A stretch of 63,878 nucleotides of DNA, counting the filler, from Jimgerdemannia flammicorona (Eukaryota), in assembly GCA_003990765.1 (NCBI GenBank). It is 2 parts of 2 records of this genome, joined end to end, with 100 filler letters (N's around TTAATTAATTAA, not from the genome) between each part and the next. Parts side by side here need not be neighbours in the genome. Positions count along the whole stretch, not along the records: positions 31,994 to 63,878 come from RBNJ01000375.1; 1 more part is not named here. One strand, given 5' to 3'. The notes beneath the pieces are model-generated. The model was not told where the DNA came from, searched no databases, and was given only the letters and a program-made list of their open reading frames with translations. The position numbers were made by a program, and so were the translations under genes. This document shows positions 52,401-63,878 of the stretch, piece by piece (the stretch's first letter is position 1; each line of letters begins with the position of its first letter).

Positions 52401-53528
52401 GGATGGCCTCAGAGACTGAAACCTCAGAGAAGGCAGGCAGGGGGGCAGTAGTGGCGTTGTGAGCTGCAGTGGCAGCACATAATGTTTCCTACTCATGAAG
52501 ATGAGTGATAAAAGAAGTACTGGTGAGGAGGAAGTGACAAACAGTATTGAGGTCAGCAGCAACAGAGAGAATGTCATGGATGACAAAGCCACAAAAAGGG
52601 GCAGCATCTGCAAGACAGGAGGAGGTGAAGGCCATGAAAGTGGCACAAACATAGTGGAAGGAGATGGAAGCAGCTGTGGCAGCAGTAGTGGTGGCATCAG
52701 CAGCAGCAAGCTTGGCAACAATAGTGGTGGTGCAAACCTCATCAGAGAAGACTTGGTGGTAGGCCTCAGGGAGAACAGAGTAGTGGATGGTGAGCAGAAC
52801 AATGACATTGACCACATGGCAGAGATGAGCCTCCTTGGCAGAGAGGGCAAGAACCAACTAGAACTGAGAAAGAAGCAGATGACCAGAAGGGTAAAGGTCC
52901 AGGGGGAGGGAAAGAACAGTGGATGAGATATAGGTCTCAAATAAGATGATGGCAGGAATAAAAGCAGAGGGAGGAGGAGGAGGAACTTCATCCATAACCT
53001 TGTCAATAAGGATGGAGGCCCCGAGGGCAGGTGATATAGCAGAGGAGGAGGAAGGCCCAGCAGGAGTCATGGGAGCAAACCCAGAGCCAGTGTTAAAGTG
53101 AATAGAAGATATATAGAAAAGTATATATAAAGGAGACAAATAAAGGATATAACCAAAATTGCATCAGCCATTTATTGCTATATAAAAACACAGTTCTTAT
53201 ATACAAAATATGATATCCCAAAAGAGAGGATGTGTCACAACTCAGGGCAAACCAAATTAGAAACCACATGATCACTAAAGATAAGTGGAGATAAAGAGGA
53301 GTCAATCTCAGTTGCAAGATAAAAATCACAAACAAATACAAATAAAATAAATCCAAATCGAGATTAAAAAACATCCACAGACCCCGGAGGGGTGAGCATG
53401 AGTGATGGGTGAGGCTGAAATGGAGTGAGCTACAGCGAGTCTGAGCAAAGTGAGGGGCCGAAGGCAGTGAAGGAGAGTGGAGTAAGGCCAAGACCCCAGA
53501 GTGAGTACAAGACCCTGGAGGGAGCAAG
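49409..53528 (-). mobile_element. Penelope-like retroelement, copy A (pLTR-ORF1-RT-pLTR)
   Basis: TDKNQDFVL, FYTLPKVHK..WCPI, SGDFSSFYT, FHQTSGIAIETNFTPTLTNL, IPFLDL. Direct terminal repeats at ~49409-49908 and ~53041-53542. Confidence 0.85.
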
Positions 53529-56500
53529 GATGTTTTTTAATCTCAATTTGGATTTGTTTTATTTGTATTTATTTGTAATTTTTATCCTACAACTGGGATT
53601 GGCTTCTCTTTATCTCCAATTATCTCTGGTAGTCATATAGTTCCTAATTCAGTTCACTCTGAGTTGTAGTGTATCCTTTCTTTTGGGATATCATATTTTA
53701 TATACATATAAGGACTGTATTTTTATATAGCAATAAACAGCTGATACAATTTCAGTTATGTTATTTATTCATCCCCTTTATACATACTTTTCTACATGTC
53801 TTCTGTTTGCTTTAACCTGGCTCTGGGTTCACTCTGATGGCTCCCACTGGGCCTTTCTCCTCCTCTGCTGTACTGCCTGCCCTTGGGGCCTCCATCCTCA
53901 TTGATGAGATCATGAATGAGGTTCCTCCTCCTCCTCTCCCTGCTTTCATCTCTGTCACTGTCCTGTTTGAGACCTATGTCATATTGACTGTTCTTTTCCT
54001 CCCCCTGGACCTTCACTCTTCTGGTCATCTGCTCTTTTCTCAGTTCCGATCAGTTCTTGCCCTCTCTACCAAGGAGGCTCATCTCTGCTGTGATGTTGAT
54101 ATTGTCACTCCACCTGCCATCCACTACTCCATTCTCTCTTAGGCCCACTGCCAAGCTCTCTCTGAAGAGGTTTACACCACCACTGCCACTGCCAAGTTTG
54201 CTACCACTGATGCCACTGCTACTACCACCACTGCCACTTCCACCTTCTTCCACCATATCTGTGTCACTTTCATGGCCTTCACCTCCTCCTGCCTTACAGA
54301 TGCTGTCCCTTTTTGTGACTTTTTTATCTATGACATTCCCTCTGTCACTACTGACCTCAATGCTGTTTGTTACTTCCTCCTAGCTGGCACTTCTTTTGTT
54401 ACTCATCTTCATGAGCAGGAAACATCATGTGCTGCCACTGCTGCTCATGCTGCCACCACCGCTCCCCTGCTTGCCTCTCCTGAGGTTTCAGTCTCTAAGG
54501 CCATCTGTGCTGAGACTCATGCTGCCACCTGTGCCAAGGTCCATTCCTTTGCCACTGCCACAGTCAAGGCCCCCACCAAGACTCCTGCCAAGCCCAACCA
54601 GACTTCTTTGGCCTCTTCCTGGTCCCCCTTCTCTGCCAAGGCCTTCTCCTCTATTCCCCCTGCCCCCAAGCATAGCTGCTAACTTGGTTCTTGCTCTGTT
54701 GGGGCCTGGCCTTATGCTGTCTGCTCTGCTCACCTCTACCATGCCTACTGATACCCAGCCAAGTCTGTCTGCCCCCATGGTGGTGTCCCTCATACTGCTG
54801 CCCCTGTGGCTGCTTGCTCTCCTTCCACCTCCTCTGCTGGTTCCTCCTCTACCTCCTTTACCCATGCCCCTGAATGTAAGGGCTGTATGAAAGTCTGTGG
54901 CCACAAGGTCTGGCACTCTGATGGGGTGTGCTCCCATTTGTCAAGCTCACCACTTTTGAAAAAAGTCAGAGGGAAGGGGAAGGCCTCCTGCTCTTAAACT
55001 TCCCCCCAGCATAGTTCTTCCCTAGTGCCCCTGTCTCTTCTCGGATTCTGTCATCACTTCTGGTGTGCCCTGAGTGGTTCCTCATATTGTCCCCCCTTCA
55101 TCTTTCTCAGTTACTTGTCCCAAATTTTCGGGTTTATTCTTCTCTTGGAACACTTTTGTCTTCTCCTTTTTCTTAAGCTAACTGCCTCCTTTCACCCCTT
55201 CAAGTCTTTGCCTTATTCTTGGGTCCTCACTTTGTTTTTCCCATAACTCCCTCACAATTCTCTTTCACCAATCTGGCTTGTCTTATATGTTTTCATCATG
55301 CTCTTGATCTTGCTGCCTTCTTTAAAGATCATAGTGAGATGCCCTCTCACTATTTCATTCCTAGTGATTAGGTCTCCCCTCCCAATGTCTCTTCATACTG
55401 CATATTCCTTGACATGGCTTGCTCACTATCTATTCTTAGATGCACTTGCTCTTGCTTGGTTTCAGATGGTGCTGTAAGTACTGAGCTTAAATTGGTCAAG
55501 CAATTGTCTTTACACTTACTCACAGTCACTGATAAGAATCAGGATTTTGTGCTTATTCCTAAGTTGCTCTACCTTGATGGCCTTTCTGCCCTCCTTCGAG
55601 CTGTAGCTTATGAGCCTAGTGCTCTTGGATTGGATGAGATTCTCACTCTTCTTCAGATCTCTCTGGCTCATACCAGATTGCTTTCAGATTCTCCTTTTGT
55701 GAAACCCATTTTTAACTTCATCCAGGACTCTTTGTCCTCAGTTGACATTTGTCTTCCAATTTTCTATGCTCTTCCTAAAGTTCATAAGCCTACTTTGGCT
55801 TGGCATCCCATATGGCTGCTTTTAATTCTCCTACCACTGGGATTTTGAAGTGGTTATCCCACTTCTTCCTCTCCTAGATGGCTCTTCTACAACACCATCT
55901 TGGGCTTGAGTATACCATTCTTCATGATGCTCAGGAGCTCACCCTTCTCTGTTTCACCATCCTGCCTATTCACTGTTTTTTCCATTTGGCCTCTAGTGAC
56001 TTCTCCTCCTTCTACACTACTATGCATTTGGATGAGATCAATGATTGTCTTCACTTCTGGAGTTCTATTGTCTTCTCTTTGGATTCCCCAGTCTCATTGG
56101 CTTCTATTGTTGAGCTTATGCTTCTCATCTATGGCTCCAATTATTTTGAGTCAGCCCTTGGCTCCTTTCACCAGACTTCTGATATTGCAATAGGAATAAA
56201 TTATGCACCCACTCTTTCTAATCTTATTGGCCTGGCCTATGAATTTTATGTAATATGTGATCCTTCTTCCCCTCTTTCTATCATGTTCTGGGCTGAGGAT
56301 ATCTTCTTTCACCAATATATTGATGACTTTATTGTTCTTACTGTTGCTGGTATTGATATCCCTAGTATGTTCCATAGTATCTACCCTCTCCATCATTTTA
56401 TTTCTTGGGTATAGAGTATGACCAGTATTCCCTTTTTAGATCTTTCCATTTCTCTTTCTACTTTTCAAATAGTTGTTTATTCTCATTTTCCCCATTCTCA

Positions 56501-57491
56501 ACAGTTCTCTGACTTTCTGTCCTATCATCCTCATTGTAATCTTCTTGAATGTATTCATGGTGAGGCTTTTTGTCTTATACTATACTGCTCCCATCATTCT
56601 GATTGGCTGTCTGCTGTTCAGGCCCTTGGCAACTTTGTGGTCCATCATCATGCCTACCCAATTTCTATCATTTGTGATCTACTTGTTTCTGTTGAATTGT
56701 CTGTTGTTTGCTCTTCCCTCCTCTCTCCCCATTACTCTCCCTTCCCTTCCTCCCCCCTTACCCACTCTATACTCTCTCTTCATTCCTACTCCAAATTCTT
56801 GTCATACCATCCAATTGTGCTTGTTGGGTTACTCAATGTCTAACACCATCCTGTGCTCTTCTCTTTTACACTATAGACTTTCATCACTTTCTTGATGCCC
56901 TCTGATCACTCATTCTGTTTCTTCTTTAATCCATTGCTCTCATTTTGTGTTTTTATCACCTTCAGGTGCCTCTGGCTCTGCTGGAGAGGATTAAAAAACA
57001 TTCTTGCCCCCTCCAGGGTCTTGCGCTTGCTCCTGGGTCTCAGCCTTACTCTACTCCCCTCCACTGTCTTTGGCCCCTTGCTTTACTTGGACTCACTGCA
57101 GCTCACTCCATTTTGGCCTCACCCCTCACTTGTGCTCACCCCTCCGGGGTCTGCAGATGTTTTTTAATCTCGATTTGGATTTGTTTTGTTTGTGTTTATT
57201 TGTAATTTTTATCCTGCAACTGAGATTGGCTCTCCTTTATCTCTGCTTATCTCTGGCAGTTATATGATTCCTAATTTGGTTTTCCCCAAGTTGTGGCATG
57301 TCCTCCCTTTTGGGACATCATATTTTATATATAAGGACCACATTTTTATATGGTAATAAATTGCTGAAGCAATTTCAGTTACATTTTTTGTTCATCTCCT
57401 TTATACATGCTTTTCTATATATCTTCTATTTACTTTGACACTGGCTCTGTGTTTGCTCCCATGACTCCTGCTAGGCCTTCCTCCTCCTCTG
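53529..57491 (+). mobile_element. Penelope-like retroelement, copy B (pLTR-ORF1-RT-pLTR)
   Basis: ORF1 at 53837-54997. RT at ~55000-56900: LGPHFVFP, TDKNQ, FYALPKVHK, QTSDIAIG, QYIDD, IPFLDL, SYHP...GEA. Direct repeats at 53529-53870 and 57156-57491. Confidence 0.88.
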
Positions 57492-57769
57492 ATATGAGAT
57501 GTATAACTCAATGTGCTCTCAACAATAAGGAACTAACTAAGGCAAATGAGAGAGAAGAAAAGAGTAAAGAAAATATATAATTGCTTGATCATCTAAGTAT
57601 CTTTGTAATCTCAGTCAGGCAAAACCCAACTGTAAGATGGCTAACAGAATTACACAAGTATCAATAGTATGGTAGGCTGTCTCATGAAGAGCATAAAGAG
57701 GATAAGTGTGAAGTTCTATCTGCTATTTGTTACCAGTAAACCAATCAAGCTATTCCTCATAATTAGAAT

Positions 57770-60700
57770 TACCTCGAAAAGTAGAATAGGAACATTGAGA
57801 AGACTACACCTAAGGAGATAGCCACAATGAAATTTATCTCTACAGGGGCAGGGGTGGGGTTGGCCAAAGTAGCCATAATGTCAGGTGAGAGCAGAGTATA
57901 CAAGCTGGGGGGGGAAGGAGCAAATGTGATCAGTACTCCAAGATCATAAAAGGACTTTGGAAGTAATATACCAAATAAGAGCCTGAGAAGAGGAGGCCTA
58001 TTCCTAGAGTAGCTGGTCCCAGAGAAATGACTGGAGGAAGGAGCAGAGCAAGTGAGTCTTGTGGTCCTAGGGACAGAGGTCTCAGTACCAGTTGAGAAAG
58101 TTAAGCCAGGAGGCCCAACACTGAAACTTATTGATAATAGAACCCAGGGGATATATGATAAAGTACTTACTAAGGGGGCTGATGGAGTTGTTGTCAGACT
58201 TGCTACACCAATCCAGATGGGTTTGGAATATGTAGCAGAGGTCTGACATGTGATGAAGAAAGGAAGAGAGACCAAGGATCAAGCTGCCAAGCAAGAGATG
58301 GGCAGAAAATCTGGCCATCCAAGCAATAGCATTATTAAAGACCTATTCAGGATACTTTAATACCTAAAGCCTTATAGTAGTTACTAGACAGGAGGCTCAT
58401 AGAAGGTGAAGGCTGTATTCTAGCTGAGGCCCAACAAAGGCATATGCAATGGCCAGCTTGACTATTAGTGATCAGAGAGGACCATGAGTATATCAGAACC
58501 CAAGAGTTCATTCTATCTTTCCAATATTCTATAATACAAGGCTGACAAAGTCAAACTCTTTATTAGTATATAGCATACCCAGGTATATATAGGAGGAGAA
58601 TTACAGGCAGGGCTCTCCCCCAATCTGAACAGTACAGTTAGTAGGGCTAATGTAACTACACTTCTTAGGATTGAGTTCCATACCATTCATCAAGAGCCAA
58701 TCCTTACAAAAATCAATCATCCTCTGCCCTTCCATTGTAGTGCAGAGAGTGAGAGCAATATCATCAGTAAAGAAAAGCCTAAGAGAGAAGTCATACTCCT
58801 TAAACTGCTCATTAAAGGAGGCAGTGAGGGCATCAATAAATATGTCAAAGAGCCAAGGAGAGAGGAGAGAGCCCTAGAAGATGTCATGCTCAGTAGAGAC
58901 TGAAGGAGTGACAAGACTATTAACAATAACTTGATAGAAACAATGATTGAACAGACTTCAGATGATGCTAAGGAGGGCCACATTGGCTCCTCATTCCTTA
59001 AGTCAGAAGAGAATGAGCTTGAGAGAGACTCTATTATATGCCTGCTGGAGGTCAAAGAAGATACAGCAGTCCCACCTCTTGACCTGCATCTTGTGTAAGA
59101 GCAAGATATAGAAAAGAGATGAGAAGTGAGTTCAAAAGCTACCTTAGTAGTGCAATATTTCTATCAGGCCACTTCAGCTATTGATATAGTCTTCCAAACA
59201 CTGCTCAAAGAGTCTATAAAATATCTCAATAAGAGCAATAGGGTGAAACCCATTAATTGTCTAGGACTCTCTATCAGGGTAATAATGGCAGAGTTCCAGT
59301 AGTAGAGAGTGAGCCCCCAAACCATACATATCTGGAAGCAAAAGGACAAGGCTTTTGACAGACTGTAGGGAGTATCCTTCTTACTCACCATCACTAGAAG
59401 GATCTAGACATATAAGGAGTCAGTCCCACAGGTCTTCATGAGGGGGTAGCTGTGGATAGCACTCCAAACCACAGGTTGGTCAAACCAAGACTATAGCCCA
59501 AGAGTACCTATGTCAAGGGGAAAGACATTCTCACTATCATCAAGATAGAGAGAGATATTTGGTTAGCTGAAGATAGTAGTAAAGTGAGCAACCACATTAT
59601 CAAATACTGGAACAGCAGGGGAGCAGAATTGGAGGAGAGTGGGGGGGGTAGAGTGGTATGCTTGATTGAAACTACAAATGGTATTAGAGACTGAAGATGT
59701 ATTGTAAAGAAGATCCTAGCAGGGGAGCAGCACTGCCCTGATCTCTCTTGCATCATATGAGCTCAGAATGTTCTCACAGATGGACTGTAGACCAGAGATC
59801 AAAAGAGAGTTGAGGGAATCTACAAACTGTTAGTGATCTTCTATAGATCAAAAGTCAGCAATGTAGTCTGGAACAAGATAAATGGACCTAATAACAGCAT
59901 TGTAGACAATATCTGATAATTCTCAAAGGTGGGCTTAAATGACTAAATCAGTCAGACACTTTGCAGAGGAGCAGTAGACACCAGCTAAGGCAGCAACTAG
60001 TAAGGAAAGGAGACAGTGAGGAGAGATGGCAGTCAGTAGTGACAGGAGGAGTGATATAGGTGAGGGACATATAAAGGGACATGGTGGTAAATGCATGGTC
60101 AATGTATATAGATCCAGCTACAAGAGTCAGATAGTTTAATGACTATATCATCAAGGAGGTATCAATGATATCCATCCAATCCCTAGAACCAGAGTTGATA
60201 TCACCAAGTTGGGCACCAAAGTATGTATTATGTCACTGATTAAAAGAGCCTTACCTGAGAAGAGACCAGACACAAGATCATAGAAGCCACTAATGAGAAG
60301 AGAGGGTGTGGTGTAAACTCTGATGAAAGCCAGGCTCTGAAACCTGAACCAGATATGGAAGGGGTCAGCAGAGGACCTCAAAATGAGTTGGGTAAAATGG
60401 TCTGACACAAGGACCATAAGACTACCATTCTGGTGACCTATGATCCTGTGTGATACTGAGAGAGAAGATATGTAAATGAGCAGAGAGGGATGCAGCAGAA
60501 TATGCTACATTTTATAAACAAAAAGAATATTAAGAGTAGGACCAATCAACTGACTGAATACATTGAACTTGTCCTGAGTTAGTCTATGTATATTGAGGAA
60601 CCTGAGTCTTATTGTGAACTAGGTACATTAGTGCCAACAGCATGAGAAGCACCTGAAGAGGAAGCCTTGGCTTTCCCTAGCAGGCTGGGTGTCAATTCTG
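57770..60700 (-). mobile_element. Degenerate LINE with APE endonuclease and RT
   Basis: APE-like IRVYTTPS...LLISDI (60150-60417). RT: FDLQQAYNRV, IF*GSLLSPWLFDIFIDAL, FTDDIA, YLG. Confidence 0.75.
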
Positions 60701-61609
60701 AATGTCTACTGATTCTCAAAGCTATAGTATATTGCTTATTACTTAGACTTTCCAGCTTGAGTGGTGAAGAGACTGTAGAGATTGGATTTGGGTAGGAAGG
60801 TGGTCTCAGATAAGTTGGGACACTCTTGCAATGCTGGTAATTAGGTAAGGGCTGGGTTTAGTAAATTTTCCTAAGAGGCTATATTGCCTGAAAGCTTAGT
60901 GGTTGAAAAGGACTGTTGAACTACAGAGTGGGGGTTGGGTGCTACTGATACAGAAGGTGTGAGAGATGATATTCTCCTCACAAGGATCATCAGAAGATTT
61001 GCTATCTCTGGTGAGTCTGAATGGAAGCTGATGGCCATGGTATAAGGGCTTCTGGTGGGGGGTGGTGGATGGAGTACACCGAATACACCTGTACTAGCAA
61101 AGTAATGAGGAGGAGATACTATAGGGTCCAGCTATGTGATAATGGGAGAGACTACTTCTGTGGGGTATTCCACTTGCTGAATTTGATATTGGTGAAGGAG
61201 TAGAGTATTAGTGGAGACTTGGTCAGAATCTATGACCAAATAGTTGGCAAGCAGTGAGAATTGGTGAGGAGTGAGACTGACCAGGAGTCTGGTCATAGAG
61301 TACTGAGGTGCAGAGGTGGCTTTCTTCCAAGTTCTGGGTAGTATAGTGGTAGATGCTGTAGAGGAATTTCATATTGAATTTCCATGCTGGACATCTGGTA
61401 GATGGTAGACAATTAGATTGTGAGAAGTATCATAATATAGAGCAAGTTGGGGGATTTGTGCAGATGCCAGAACATTGGCTAGGAGAGTGTGAGATTCTGG
61501 GGGACTTTTGGATTGTGGTAGATGACTGGATGGGTGTGGAGAGGAGGCCTGATGGAGAGAGAGGTTGCTGGGAGGATTTGAAATCTCAGTTATTGGGTGG
61601 TATGAGTAA

Positions 61610-61942
61610 TGGATGGCTCACTGTAGGGTGGGTCCTAGCTGTATGAGTAGGGCTGGCTGGACATTGACTCTCTGTTTTTAAGGAGGGATGGCAGATAGAT
61701 ATACAGGAGAAGTTGTTAAGATGGGAGGGGTTGATGGGAGATTTGCTGACTAGGTGATGGGTTGGTTGTGGTCCCCAAGGTGGGCAATGTTGCTATCTAG
61801 TGGAAGGGATCTATAAATAGAGTGGCAGGCAGGTAGTAATGATGAATGACAAAGTGGTCTTTCATTGAGAGAGGTAGGGGTGGGCACAGTGTATTATATG
61901 AGAGATAGATGGTGTATTAATAAAGAATAGAGTCTAAGTAAC

Positions 61943-61978
<36 letters not shown>

Positions 61979-61980
61979 AA
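61610..61980 (+). mobile_element. Short 3' fragment of an L1-type LINE with poly(A)
   Basis: Ends AATAAAGAATAGAGTCTAAGTAACTAT(A)n, matching the 3' end of the 26629-29144 LINE (AATAAATGGCAAAGTCCAAGTGACTAT(A)n). Confidence 0.7.
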
Positions 61981-63878
61981 TAATTCTAGTGGTAGATTCA
62001 CTGAGAATAAACTAATAACTCAGATAGTATAGATAGCTTGAATAACTCAGATGATATAGATTCTTTCTGAATCGATAGACTTCTTGAATAATAACTTAGA
62101 TTCTTGGTAAAGTTGTATCAAAGACTTATAAATAGATCACTGCAAAGTTGTATCAGGGACTGGCTTGTGGCAAGGTTCCTTAAGACTCTCTAGGAATACA
62201 GAATAACTTGGAAATGGTAGTGAAGTTCTTTCTTAAACTTTGGTGGCAAACTCAGATTCTTCAGACTTAGTCTAGCAAGTGTACCAATCAATCTTTATAT
62301 CAGAAAGTAGACTGAAGTAGGGAAAAGAGACCAATGCTTAATCTTTAGAGACTTCTTTAGTTTGCTTCAACTTTTTAGACTAAGGTTTATTCACTCTTGT
62401 CTCTGGGGTATTTTATATAGTTGTGGTTGCTACTGGTTATTATATTACTAACTATAGATTGTTATCTATAGCAAGTATTCCTTAGTACAGTGTACCTTGA
62501 GAGTATAGTATATCTTGAGAGTACAGTGTACCTTGAGGATATAGGTAAACATACTGTTTCTGATATCTCTGGTTAAATATACAAGTTGGCACAGTAAAGC
62601 AGTCTTGGTTACTTAGTGTACTAGATATAGTATATGTCTAATTTATGATTTTGGTAATACAGTTCTGTTGCTCATCATATCAGCCTCTACTAAAAGATGA
62701 TCTACCATCAGACAATCCTTTAGTCATCATTCCAAAATGCATAAGTATCTTTAGTATTAATATCTAAACCAGTATCTTCATTTGGATCAGAATTACTCTA
62801 TTCAATAGATTCTTCCTCTTCCTCTAGGAACAGAATCTCAACATGGTTGATGATGCTCCAGTAGATGATAGGATTCATATCTGATAAGAGCTAGGATGTC
62901 TTCTCCTAAATTATAGATCTTGAGGGTCCTTCTTTCTGGCTTCTTAGTCTGGCTTTTTTTGGATCTAGCCTCTGTTGTCTCTTCTCTTCAAGATATGGAT
63001 TGTAACATCATGACTGAGGTGAATCTTCTGATACCTGTAGTCTTAGCAGTCTAGGTGTCTTCTATAGTTGCAATATTCCATTACTTGGAAATGATATTCT
63101 CAGTTGTTAATTTCTTGTTATTTTGGAAATCAGTATCCATCTTCATTATAAGTTAGGGGAAGAGTAGATAAGGGGTATATTTCTGTTCAGGTGAAGAAGT
63201 CTTATCCTCTAGATCAACTTTACAACTTGGTGGTAATTTCTTGAAAAGTAGTTAACTGTATAACTGTAGTCAGAGATTCAGGTCTTTGGGGTCTCTATCT
63301 TTCTTACTAATCCAGTAGATGGTACTAATAGCAGTAGTCTTGGAGAGAGTGGAAGATCATGGCAATAAGGGGGAGGTGTTGTGGGAACCTAGATGTGGCA
63401 ATGGGATAGACTGCTACTGGGGGGCACTCCACTTGCTGCTTTTGATATGGGGGACAGAGTGGAGTATCAGCAGGGTCTTGGCCAGAATCTTTGACCAAGC
63501 AGTTAGCAGGCAGTCGGGATCGGTGAGAAGTGGGACTGGGCAGGTATCTGGTCTTGGAGTGCTGAGGTATAGTGGTGGCTTCCCCCCAAGTTTTGGGTGG
63601 TATGGTGGTGAATGCTGCAAAGGAATATCATGCTGAATTTCTACACCAGGCATCTGGTGAATGGTGGCTGCTTCGATTGTGAGGAGTGTTACAATGTAGG
63701 GCAAGCTGGGGGTTTGGTGCAGATGCCAGAACATTGGCTGGGAGAGTGTGAGGTTTTGGGGGACTTTTGGGTTGAAATAGGGGATAGGCTGGGGGTAGGG
63801 TGCAGGCTGGCAGATGAGGGGGATCACTGGGAGGCCTTGAGGTGTTGGCTAGTGGGGGGGGTGGGTGATAGTTGGCTT
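61981..63878 (-). mobile_element. Degenerate LTR-element-like sequence
   Basis: TATAAAATACCCC on - near 62410, short tandem AGTACAGTGTACCTTGAG repeats, CpG depletion, and an ORF remnant 63414-63827 duplicated at ~61270-61510. Confidence 0.4.

Noticed and set aside
57156..57491. Hammerhead ribozyme expected in Penelope pLTRs
   Set aside because: No CTGANGA...GAAA core found by eye in any of the four pLTR copies. The CTGATGC/CTGAAGC-AATTTC motif does not fit. A covariance search on the de-mutated consensus would be needed.

Overview
Intron-rich fungal nuclear DNA, most likely Mucoromycota (Endogonales/Glomeromycotina-like). That assignment is inferred from gene content: an IP3 receptor, LRR/TKL kinase remnants and Mollicutes-like DNA. 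Bases 1-23.6 kb are gene-dense and CpG-normal. They hold a Ca2+/calmodulin-dependent kinase (-), an ABCC/MRP transporter (+), a broken U1A/U2B''-type snRNP gene (-) and a full-length IP3-receptor channel (-) whose ligand pocket looks remodelled. About 270 bp upstream of the IP3R start the sequence switches abruptly to CpG-depleted, transition-riddled repeat DNA. That region opens with an intronless, operon-like, AT-rich block that reads through TGA as Trp (a candidate mycoplasma-related endobacterium insertion, split by a solo LTR). It continues with a Sola-like transposase interrupted by an L1 with a TSD, and an artificial 100-bp gap linker. After the gap come a Ty3/Gypsy 3' half with a separate integrase ORF and a conserved non-env extra ORF, a Copia scrap, and a hAT transposon carrying a 370-bp hairpin and an 11-unit array. 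Next are LRR plus tandem-kinase pseudogenes, an ~8-kb palindrome made of two head-to-head endonuclease-less Penelope-like retroelements, and further LINE/LTR debris. All family calls come from motif recognition by eye; no searches were run.
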